Of a stretch of DNA of 64,000 nucleotides, positions 13,971 through 24,889 are shown one piece after another. Positions within the stretch are counted from its first letter, which is position 1; each line of letters begins with the position of its first letter. The translations under genes were made by a program, and so were the position numbers. Source of the stretch: Eledone cirrhosa (Eukaryota); the NCBI GenBank assembly GCA_964016885.1, contig OZ024745.1, forward strand, positions 10,478,001-10,542,000, written 5' to 3'. The notes beneath the pieces were generated by a model that worked only from the letters and a program-made list of their open reading frames with translations, made no database searches and was not told where the DNA came from.

Positions 13971-14635
13971 AGCTGGTGGTGGTGATGGTGATCATGATGG
14001 TGGTGGTGATGATGGTCTTGGTGGTGGTGGTGGTGTTGGTGGTAGTGATGATGATGTTGGTGGTGGTGGTAGTAAAGATATGGCAGGTTAAAAATTGTAA
14101 CTGTTGACAGCTTGAATGGTAGAACTACTCAAAAGTTTCCTTTTGGTGGGTGTAGGGCTTTTATTGTTGGTGTAGGGAAGAATGTGTATATGGGAGAATG
14201 TGTGTGTGTGTGTATGGGAGAATGTGTGTGTGTGTGCATGTGTGTATGGGAGATTGTGTGTGTGCATGTGTGTATGGGAGATTGTGTGTGTGTGTATGGG
14301 AGAATGTATGAGTGTGTTGGCAATCCTGAACCAAAGTAAAACAACAACATGTCAAGGTTTCACAACTTGTTCATAAACTAATTTTAGAGCCATAAAAACT
14401 CCCTTAAACATCAGTTTTATCATAGTTCCATTCTGTGATGTATTAGAAAGACTGCAGGACTTCACTGCTATAAGGCAGGATTGGAACTCACAATGTAAAG
14501 AACCATATTTAACCCTTTAGCATTTAAACTGGCCATAACCGGCCACAATTCTCTCGCCTCTTTCTGTTCAAACTGGATGTAACTGGCTGCTCATACTGAC
14601 ATTAAGGTATTATTCTCAAAATAAATAACATCAAA

Positions 14636-14985
14636 TGGAGGCACATGGCTTAGTGGTTAGAGCATTGGCCTTGCAATGGAAAGGTTGTCAGTTCAATTCT
14701 CAGACCGGGTGATGTGTTGTTTCCTTGAGCAAGACACTTTATTTCACATTGCTCCAGTTTACTCAGCTGTAGAAATGAGATGATAGGGACTGGGTTCCCT
14801 ATCATTCCACTGCAAAGTGGTCGTGGAGGTGCCACGGCAAAAAAGCACCCAGCACTCACTGTAAATGAGGTTGGTGTTAGGAAGGGCATCCAGCTATAGA
14901 AATCAAGCCAGAGTCAGTTCCTGTCCCACCCTTGCAAGCAGGGAAAAAGCGGACGTAAAATGAAATGATGATGATGATGATGATG
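14636..14985 (+). mobile_element. tRNA-derived SINE (second family, CORE-like centre) with an RTE-derived 3' tail and (GAT)n end
   Basis: A box tggcttagtgg, B box gttcaattc, central ttccttgagcaagacacttt. The 3' part matches the RTE family-1 3'UTR. Flanked by an ATCAAA direct repeat (14630-14635, 14986-14991). Related heads at ~52570 and ~62310. Confidence 0.7.
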
Positions 14986-15060
14986 ATCAAAATCTCATAG
15001 ATTCGATATTATGTGAGATAACTATGTGAGATAAAGCCTTGACTGTGAAAATACAATAGT

Positions 15061-15230
15061 ATCATCATCATCATCATCAACAACGTTTAACGTCCGTGTT
15101 CCACGCTTGTATTTTGTTAGAGATGCCTACTGGCTGGAGTAGGTTTTACTATATATATTTAGGTAAGGCGGGTCTTCTCTGTTACTGAGTACCGCCAAAG
15201 GTCTCGGTCCAGTGACATTGTCTTGGAGAG
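15061..15230 (-). mobile_element. RTE family-2 3' end fragment with internal deletion
   Basis: A (CAT)n tail plus the terminal ~35 nt are joined directly to the proximal 3'UTR/ORF2 end seen at ~41020-41133. Confidence 0.75.
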
Positions 15231-15351
15231 TAATGTGAATGGTAGAGGGTTAAACACTGCAGACGATTTTTGTATTTGAGGAACATAATTAAGAATACAT
15301 ATATCATCATCATAGTTTTTTATCTCTGTTTTTCCATGCTTGCTTGGGTTT

Positions 15352-15387
<36 letters not shown>

Positions 15388-15471
15388 TATATATATACAT
15401 ATACATATATGTCTAACCCATGCTAGCGTGGAAAATGGACGTTAAACGAAGATGATGATGATACACACACA

Positions 15472-15666
15472 TGAGGGTCAGCTGAAAAATTCATAGGCTG
15501 ACCAAGATACTCTCATGGAATGACCAAATGAGGTTTAACTTTCAACATAGTCCCTGGAAAGGAACAATGCAGTTATTAAGAAGAGTTGAAATTAATGCAT
15601 ACAAGATTTCACAGCTCTAACATCACTCGTTCATAGTCAGCCTATCAACTTTTCTGCTTACCCTCA
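15472..15666. mobile_element. Mariner/Tc1-type MITE (~195 bp)
   Basis: Imperfect ~31-bp TIRs, tgagggtcagctgaaaaattcataggctgac ... gtcagcctatcaacttttctgcttaccctca, followed by TA. Confidence 0.7.
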
Positions 15667-15910
15667 TATATGTGTGTACATGTACATATAGATATATGTG
15701 TGTGGATGTATATATATATATATATATGTATGTATGTGTGTGTGTATGTATATATGTGTGTGTAAGTATATGTGTGTGTGTATGTATATATGTGTATGTA
15801 TATATATATGTAGGTGTGTATATGTGTGTATATGTATATATATGTGTGTATATGTATGTGTCATTGTGTATGTATATATGTATATGTATGTGTGTGTGTC
15901 TATGTATGTG

Positions 15911-16725
15911 TCATCATCATCATCATCATCATCAGCGTTTTACGTCCGTTCTTCCACGCTAGCATGGGTTAGACGGGTTGTCCTGTTGTGGGCAGTGTCT
16001 GGTCGGCTGACCATTCCTTGCTCATACAGGAACTGATTTGGCTTGATTTCTACAGCTGGATGCCCTTCCTAACACCAACCTCATTTACAGTGAGTGCTGG
16101 GTGCTTTTTCGTGGCACCTACACGTCCACTTTACAGTGTGGGCTGGGTGCTTTTTTGCTGTGGCACCTCCACGACCACCTTGCGGTGGGGGCTGTGGGGG
16201 CATATTGTCTATATGCTTCAGCTTGTACCCATGGGAGGTCGGGTACTCTGTATTACTGCGTGACGCCAGAGGTCACGGTCGTGTGTCATCGCCTTTGAGA
16301 GGTGTAATTGGGTAAGGTCGGCTTTTATCACCTCATCCCAGGTCATCTTGGGTCTCCCCACTCCGCGGTTTCCATCGACTTCTAGTGCTCTGCACCTTTT
16401 TATGCAGCTGTCATCCTTCATATGCATCACATGTCCATACCAACGCAACCGCCTCTCCAGCACACAGCATTTGATTCCTCTTATGCTCAGTCTCTCTCTC
16501 AATTCATTTATGCTTTGTCATTCACGTATATTACTATTACACATCCATCGGAGCATGCAGGCTTCGTTTCTCTCTAATCTACGTAAGTCTTCCACCTTCA
16601 GCGCCCAGGTCTCACTACCATGCAACATCGCTGTTCGGATACATGCATCATACAGTCTGCCTTTCATTTTGAGGGAGAAGCCTTTTGCAGCTAGCAGTGG
16701 TAGTAGTTCCCTAAACTTCTTCCAG
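15911..16725 (-). mobile_element. RTE family-1 LINE, 5'-truncated
   Basis: (CAT)n tail, 3'UTR and ORF2 C-terminus ...RRLRWYGHVMHMKDDSCIKRC...GRPKMTWDEVIKADL. Confidence 0.9.
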
Positions 16726-16739
16726 TGTGTGTGTGTATG

Positions 16740-16774
<35 letters not shown>

Positions 16775-18519
16775 TATCTTTCAGTTGAAAAACAGTTCAT
16801 GATAATTGTACTTTTATTTCTGAATATTCAGAAATGACTGGAGAGATAAGGCAGTTTGCACCTCCTCATAGTTTATTTTTTTCTTCCTTTCCTTCACTTT
16901 TAACTTGATAAGCAGGTGTTAGTAGATAGTGTTAAATAAGAGATATGTTATTTTGTCTTGCCTCTTTTGGAATTATACTTTTGCTATGTCATACACTTAA
17001 TTTCTATTCATATATATATATATATGTATGTATATGTGTGTGCATGTGTAAGTATATATATATGTATATAAATGTCTCTTCTCAAATGATACATACAATT
17101 TGATACTTAACCCATTACAATAAATTTATTCTTCGTATTTGTCATAAATAATTAATACCTGACCAACAGGTGAACAGAGTAAATGGAATGGAAATTAAAA
17201 GCACTGGGAGTTTTTTAAAATGTTGTTTGGCAGTGGCCATGTTGGTATGTGTTGGGTGAAACTTTTTTGAGGCAGTATTTTGTGGCCTGATAGGTGAGTT
17301 CAAATCCCACCGAGGTCAACCTTTCGAGGTTGAGAAAAAAAATACCAGTCTAATACTGAGGTTGATTCTCTCTCTTTCTCTGAAATTGGCTGAGTTCAGG
17401 TTTAAAATGTGCAAGACCCCATCAAGAGTTACAGGTCCATATATATACACATCTATGGCCTGATGCCCCTTTCTGACACCAACCTATACTTCTTGTATGT
17501 AGAGTACTTTCTGAACATAAACAAATAGAACCAGTTGCTTAAATGGTGTCATGAAGACATAGGCTAGGGCAAACACACATACACACACATAATCACATAC
17601 ACACGCATATACATACATAAATATGGTGGGCTTCTGTGTAGATTCCATCTACCAAATTACACTCACAAGGCACTTGTTAAAGGATAGTTACCAAGGTGTC
17701 TTACAATGGGTTAGATCCTAGAACTACATGGATGTAAAGAAAACTTCTTAATCACACAGGCATTAAACTTTGGGTTGCATCATCATCCTTGTTTAACGTC
17801 CACTTTCCCTTCCAGCAAGTGTTGGATGGGTCTACTCAGTGCTGAGGATACTGACTTCCGAGACAGGCTGGGGGTTCTGCATCTCACTTACGGTCTCACA
17901 TTCTATCGAGTTACACAGAAGTTATCATGTCTTTGACACAACTGTGAGTCCTCCCAAGCTTTCTTTGGTTGGATACCTTCTTATCACCAAGAACTTTACA
18001 GCATGCACTGGGTGTGTTTATCATGTAGGTCACCAAATCTAGGGAGGCCGTCATGTCCTTGACATGACTGAAGGGTCCTTCAAACCCTTGGGTTGGAGAA
18101 TATTAATAAAAACCTGTTTATTTTAAAGTGTTTATATTTATCTAAAAAAAACCTATCATAATTAACCTTTAACCAGTTTACTAATGAGATCTTTATATGC
18201 TGGGAGGACTCCTTTGTTTTTACTAAACTGGTGGCTACCAATATCTATATAGTCTGGTGACTAGTTTCAGGTCATTGATGGAGATTGTCATATCTATATT
18301 ATCTCTTTTTCAAGGTTGTCACTAGCAGCAGTAGTAGTAGTAGTAGTAGCAGCAGCAGTAGTAGTCACTGTTGTAATGTATGTCTGGGTGTGAAGTGAAT
18401 GACACTTTTGTGTGAAAGGTTATCAAGAAGGGAAAGTGTGTGTGTGGAGGTCATCTGTTAGGAGTATGTGTGTGGTTAGAAGTAATAGTAGGCCATTGAT
18501 ATAAAGAGGGAGGGTTTTG

Positions 18520-19290
18520 ATGAACATAACAGAATTTGGAGCTCCGACTCATTCTCTGCCTCCATAAAACCAGGCTTCGCCGGCTGTAATGCAGTGGAGA
18601 GAGATAGATAAATACCGAGGCCTGACTGACTGCTTCCTCTTTGTACTTGCCCTTGTTGAGACCTCTGGTGCCCTTGGTCCCCCACAGAGGAGAGGAAGGT
18701 AGTCAAGTACTGAGGCCTGACTGACTACTTCCTCTTTGTACTTGCCCTTGTTGAGACCTCTGGTGCCCTTGGTCCCCCACAGAGGAGAGGAAGGTAGTCA
18801 AGTACTGAGGCCTGACTGACTGCTTCCTCTTTGTACTTGCCCTTGTTGAGACCTCTGGTGCCCTTGGTCCCCCACAGAGGAGAGGAAGGTAGTCAAGTAC
18901 TGAGGCCTAACTGACTGCTTCCTCTTTGTACTTGCCCTTGTTGAGACCTCTGGTGCCCTTGGTCTCCACAGAGGAGAGGAAGGTAGTCAAGTACTGAGGC
19001 CTGACTGACTACTTCCTGTTGAGACCTCTGGTGCCCTTGGTCCCCCACAGAGGAGAGGAACGTAGTCAAGTACTGAGGCCTGACTGACTGCTTCCTCTTT
19101 GAACTGTTCTCTGTCAAGCCTTTGGTGTTATTGGGTCCTGCATTGCTGATTTCTTCCGTAAAATCGGAAAGACAGCAACCCACTTGAGGAGGGAGCCCTG
19201 TGAAGTGAGGGTGCCTGTTGTAGTCAGTGTCTCTGGCTATTCTCTGTGGTAATGCCTCTACCATGTTGTCCGCAGGGCACAGCTCAGACT
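18520..19290 (+). mobile_element. Second CRE-like RLE retrotransposon 3' relic containing a 95-bp tandem array (~5 copies, 18617-19100)
   Basis: The unit reads RKVVKY*GLTDCFLFVLALVETSGALGP; the downstream sequence reads VSLAILCGNASTMLSAG. Confidence 0.65.
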
Positions 19291-19840
19291 GGAGTGTAGT
19301 GTCTGTCCCCCCCCCCCCCCCCCCCCCTCCCACCCCTGTTGCTTGATTCTTTTTACTTGTTTTTACTTCTTTTTTTGTTGCCTTTAATTGTTTTTACTTG
19401 TTTTTACTTCTTTTTTTGTTGCCTTTAACTGTTTTTGATTTGTAAAATATTATTTTATGAGTTAACTTCCCCCAAAACAAACAGTTAATAGAATCTGGAT
19501 TAGAGACAGAAGGTGCTAGAAATGGAAAGGTGATAGTCAACTATGTTAGAATAAAAGGACAAACCCTACAATAAAAATAGACATATGAGTGTTGTTGTTG
19601 TAATCTAGGGGAGCTAACCTCACCTAGATTAATCTACAAAGTGTATGGTCACTGTATGACTTATTGTTGAGGCACCACTACAGTTGTTACCCTACACATC
19701 CCATACACCCTAACACTAAATGTTCCAAGTATTTTGATGTAAAATCTAATTTCAGTTATTAGTTATTAAATATTTGAAAAGTTTGTTAAATATTGTTAAT
19801 TATCTTTTTAGGTTTATCTTAAGAATCTTTGACAGTCACC

Positions 19841-20052
19841 ATGACAACGACAAATGGCTGTGAAAGTTGGTGTTTACAGGATGACATTAGCCAGAATGAT
19901 CCGGAGATGTATGAATTAATTAGAAAGGAGAAACTTCGTCAGAAACAGGGTCTTGAATTGATTGCATCAGAGAACTTCACTAGCAGAGCAGTTCTACAAT
20001 CTCTGGGGTCCTGTTTAACTAACAAATATTCAGAAGGTTACCCAGGTCAAAG
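19841..20052 (+). CDS. SHMT1: Serine hydroxymethyltransferase, first visible coding exon (likely cytosolic form)
   Basis: The ATG lies in a gtcaccATG context and translates [10 protein letters not shown]...[34 protein letters not shown](R), the SHMT N-terminal signature. The exon ends AG|GTCAGA (phase-2 donor at 20053). An acceptor tttttag ends at 19811, and an in-frame TAA at 19820-19822 lies upstream of the ATG. No mitochondrial presequence is visible. The SHMT1 vs SHMT2 call is inferred from GYPGQR and the short N-terminus. Confidence 0.93.
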
Positions 20053-20122
20053 GTCAGAATATGACATTTTTTTTTTGTTTTCTTTTATTTGGTTAAGAGA
20101 AATATTTTCTCTTAAGTAACTT

Positions 20123-23100
20123 GCCAGTCATACCACATTACAGGGTGGACTGGGTGCTCTTTGTTGTGGCACCAGTCATACCACATTACAGGGTGGACTG
20201 GGTGCTCTTTGTTGTGGCACCAGTCATACCACATTACAGGGTGGACTGGGTGCTCTTTGTTGTGGCACCAGTCATACCACATTACAGGGTGGACTGGGTG
20301 CTCTTTGTTGTGGCACCAGTCATACCACATTACAGGGTGGACTGGGTGCTCTTTGTTGTGGCACCAGTCATACCACATTACAGGGAGGACTGGGTGCTCT
20401 TTGTTGTGGCACCAGTCATACCACATTACAGGGAGGACTGGGTGCTCTTTGTTGTGGCACCAGTCATACCACATTACAGGGAGAACTGGGTGCTCTTGTG
20501 GCACCAGTCATACCACATTACAGGGTGGACTGGGTGCTCTTTGTTGTGGCACCAGTCATACCACATTACGGGGAGGACTGGGTGCTCTTTGTTGTGGCAC
20601 CAGTCATACCACATTACAGGGAGGACTGGGTGCTCTTTGTTGTGGCACCAGTCATACCACATTACAGGGTGGACTGGGTGCTCTTTGTTGTGGCACCAGT
20701 CATACCACATTACAGGGAGGACTGGGTGCTCTTTGTTGTGGCACCAGTCATACCACATTACAGGGTGGACTGGGTGCTCTTTGTTGTGGCACCAGTCATA
20801 CCACATTACAGGGAGGACTGGGTGCTCTTTGTTGTGGCACCAGTCATACCACATTACAGGGAGGACTGGGTGCTCTTTGTTGTGGCACCAGTCATACCAC
20901 ATTACAGGGTGGACTGGGTGCTCTTTGTTGTGGCACCAGTCATACCACATTACAGGGAGGACTGGGTGCTCTTTGTTGTGGCACCAGTCATACCACATTA
21001 CAGGGAGAACTGGGTGCTCTTGTGGCACCAGTCATACCACATTACAGGGTGGACTGGGTGCTCTTTGTTGTGGCACCAGTCATACCACATTACAGGGAGG
21101 ACTGGGTGCTCTTTGTTGTGGGACCAGTCATACCACATTACAGGGTGGACTGGGTGCTCTTTGTTGTGGCACCAGTCATACCACATTACAGGGAGGACTG
21201 GGTGCTCTTTGTTGTGGCACCAGTCATACCACATTACAGGGAGGACTGGGTGCTCTTTGTTGTGGCACCAGTCATACCACATTACAGGGTGGACTGGGTG
21301 CTCTTTGTTGTGGCACCAGTCATACCACATTACAGGGAGGACTGGGTGCTCTTTGTTGTGGCACCAGTCATACCACATTACAGGGAGAACTGGGTGCTCT
21401 TGTGGCACCAGTCATACCACATTACAGGGTGGACTGGGTGCTCTTTGTTGTGGCACCAGTCATACCACATTACAGGGAGGACTGGGTGCTCTTTGTTGTG
21501 GGACCAGTCATACCACATTACAGGGAGGACTGGGTGCTCTTTGTTGTGGCACCAGTCATACCACATTACAGGGTGGACTGGGTGCTCTTTGTTGTGGCAC
21601 CAGTCATACCACATTACAGGGAGGACTGGGTGCTCTTTGTTGTGGCACCAGTCATACCACATTACAGGGAGAACTGGGTGCTCTTGTGGCACCAGTCATA
21701 CCACATTACAGGGTGGACTGGGTGCTCTTTGTTGTGGCACCAGTCATACCACATTACAGGGAGGACTGGGTGCTCTTTGTTGTGGGACCAGTCATACCAC
21801 ATTACAGGGTGGACTGGGTGCTCTTTGTTGTGGCACCAGTCATACCACATTACAGGGTGGACTGGGTGCTCTTTGTTGTGGCACCAGTCATACCACATTA
21901 CAGGGAGGACTGGGTGCTCTTTGTTGTGGCACCAGTCATACCACATTACAGGGTGGACTGGGTGCTCTTTGTTGTGGCACCAGTCATACCACATTACAGG
22001 GTAGACTGGGTGCTCTTTGTTGTGGCACCAGTCATACCACATTACAGGGTGGACTGGGTGCTCTTTGTTGTGGCACCAGTCATACCACATTACAGGGTGG
22101 ACTGGGTGCTCTTTGTTGTGGCACCAGTCATACCACATTACAGGGAGGACTGGGTGCTCTTTGTTGTGGCACCAGTCATACCACATTACAGGGAGAACTG
22201 GGTGCTCTTGTGGCACCAGTCATACCACATTACAGGGTGGACTGGGTGCTCTTTGTTGTGGCACCAGTCATACCACATTACGGGGAGGACTGGGTGCTCT
22301 TTGTTGTGGCACCAGTCATACCACATTACAGGGAGGACTGGGTGCTCTTTGTTGTGGCACCAGTCATACCACATTACAGGGTGGACTGGGTGCTCTTTGT
22401 TGTGGCACCAGTCATACCACATTACAGGGAGGACTGGGTGCTCTTTGTTGTGGCACCAGTCATACCACATTACAGGGAGGACTGGGTGCTCTTTGTTGTG
22501 GCACCAGTCATACCACATTACAGGGTGGACTGGGTGCTCTTTGTTGTGGCACCAGTCATACCACATTACAGGGAGGACTGGGTGCTCTTTGTTGTGGGAC
22601 CAGTCATACCACATTACAGGGAGGACTGGGTGCTCTTTGTTGTGGCACCAGTCATACCACATTACAGGGTGGACTGGGTGCTCTTTGTTGTGGCACCAGT
22701 CATACCACATTACAGGGAGGACTGGGTGCTCTTTGTTGTGGCACCAGTCATACCACATTACAGGGAGAACTGGGTGCTCTTGTGGCACCAGTCATACCAC
22801 ATTACAGGGTGGACTGGGTGCTCTTTGTTGTGGCACCAGTCATACCACATTACAGGGAGGACTGGGTGCTCTTTGTTGTGGGACCAGTCATACCACATTA
22901 CAGGGTGGACTGGGTGCTCTTTGTTGTGGCACCAGTCATACCACATTACAGGGAGGACTGGGTGCTCTTTGTTGTGGCACCAGTCATACCACATTACAGG
23001 GAGGACTGGGTGCTCTTTGTTGTGGCACCAGTCATACCACATTACAGGGTGGACTGGGTGCTCTTTGTTGTGGAACCAGTCATACCACATTACAGGGAGG

Positions 23101-24885
23101 ACTGGGTGCTCTTTGTTGTGGCACCAGTCATACCACATTACAGGGAGAACTGGGTGCTCTTGTGGCACCAGTCATACCACATTACAGGGTGGACTGGGTG
23201 CTCTTGGTGTGGCACCAGTCATACCACATTACAGGGAGGACTGGGTGCTCTTTGTTGTGGGACCAGTCATACCACATTACAGGGAGGACTGGGTGCTCTT
23301 TGTTGTGGCACCAGTCATACCACATTACAGGGTGGACTGGGTGCTCTTTGTTGTGGCACCAGTCATACCACATTACAGGGAGGACTGGGTGCTCTTTGTT
23401 GTGGCACCAGTCATACCACATTACAGGGAGAACTGGGTGCTCTTGTGGCACCAGTCATACCACATTACAGGGTGGACTGGGTGCTCTTTGTTGTGGCACC
23501 AGTCATACCACATTACAGGGTGGACTGGGTGCTCTTTGTTGTGGCACCAGTCATACCACATTACGGGGAGGACTGGGTGCTCTTTGTTGTGGCACCAGTC
23601 ATACCACATTACAGGGAGGACTGGGTGCTCTTTGTTGTGGCACCAGTCATACCACATTACAGGGTGGACTGGGTGCTCTTTGTTGTGGCACCAGTCATAC
23701 CACATTACAGGGAGGACTGGGTGCTCTTTGTTGTGGCACCAGTCATACCACATTACAGGGAGAACTGGGTGCTCTTGTGGCACCAGTCATACCACATTAC
23801 AGGGTGGACTGGGTGCTCTTTGTTGTGGCACCAGTCATACCACATTACAGGGAGGACTGGGTGCTCTTTGTTGTGGGACCAGTCATACCACATTACAGGG
23901 TGGACTGGGTGCTCTTTGTTGTGGCACCAGTCATACCACATTACAGGGAGGACTGGGTGCTCTTTGTTGTGGCACCAGTCATACCACATTACAGGGTGGA
24001 CTGGGTGCTCTTTGTTGTGGCACCAGTCATACCACATTACAGGGAGGACTGGGTGCTCTTTGTTGTGGCACCAGTCATACCACATTACAGGGAGAACTGG
24101 GTGCTCTTGTGGCACCAGTCATACCACATTACAGGGTGGACTGGGTGCTCTTTGTTGTGGCACCAGTCATACCACATTACAGGGAGGACTGGGTGCTCTT
24201 TGTTGTGGGACCAGTCATACCACATTACAGGGTGGACTGGGTGCACTTTGTTGTGGCACCAGTCATACCACATTACAGGGTGGACTGGGTGCTCTTTGTT
24301 GTGGCACCAGTCATACCACATTACAGGGAGGACTGGGTGCTCTTTGTTGTGGCACCAGTCATACCACATTACAGGGTGGACTGGGTGCTCTTTGTTGTGG
24401 CACCAGTCATACCACATTACAGGGTGGACTGGGTGCTCTTTGTTGTGGCACCAGTCATACCACATTACAGGGTGGACTGGGTGCTCTTTGTTGTGACACC
24501 AGTCATACCACATTACAGGGAGGACTGGGTGCTCTTTGTTGTGGCACCAGTCATACCACATTACAGGGTGGACTGGGTGCTCTTTGTTGTGGCACCAGTC
24601 ATACCACATTACAGGGAGGACTGGGTGCTCTTTGTTGTGGCACCAGTCATACCACATTACAGGGTGGACTGGGTGCTCTTTGTTGTGGCACCAGTCATAC
24701 CACATTACAGGGAGGACTGGGTGCTCTTTGTTGTGGCACCAGTCATACCACATTACAGGGTGGACTGGGTGTTCTTTGTTGTGGCACCAGTACTATCACA
24801 GTACAGGGTGGACTGGGTGTTCTTTGTTGTGGCTCCAGTACTGCCACCCTACAAGGTGGACTGGGTGCTCTTTGTTGTGGCACCC
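20123..24885. repeat. 48-bp satellite (with a recurrent 44-bp variant), ~100 copies
   Basis: Unit gcaccagtcataccacattacaggg(t/a)ggactgggtgctctttgttgtg. Starts about 70 bp after the SHMT donor. Confidence 0.97.
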
Positions 24886-24889
24886 ACTT

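Larger units (their letters stand above)
14513..15249 (-). mobile_element. piggyBac-type MITE interrupted by two retro-insertions
   Basis: TTAA|CCCTTTAGC...GAGGG|TTAA ends. The internal pieces match the uninterrupted 208-bp copy at 58166-58373. Confidence 0.7.

Noticed and set aside
14645-14710. tRNA gene
   Set aside because: It has A/B boxes but no intact cloverleaf and continues into a SINE body; the same applies to the other SINE heads.
20123-24885. CRISPR-like appearance of the regular repeats (also the other arrays)
   Set aside because: Pure tandem units with no unique spacers, no cas genes, and a eukaryotic context.
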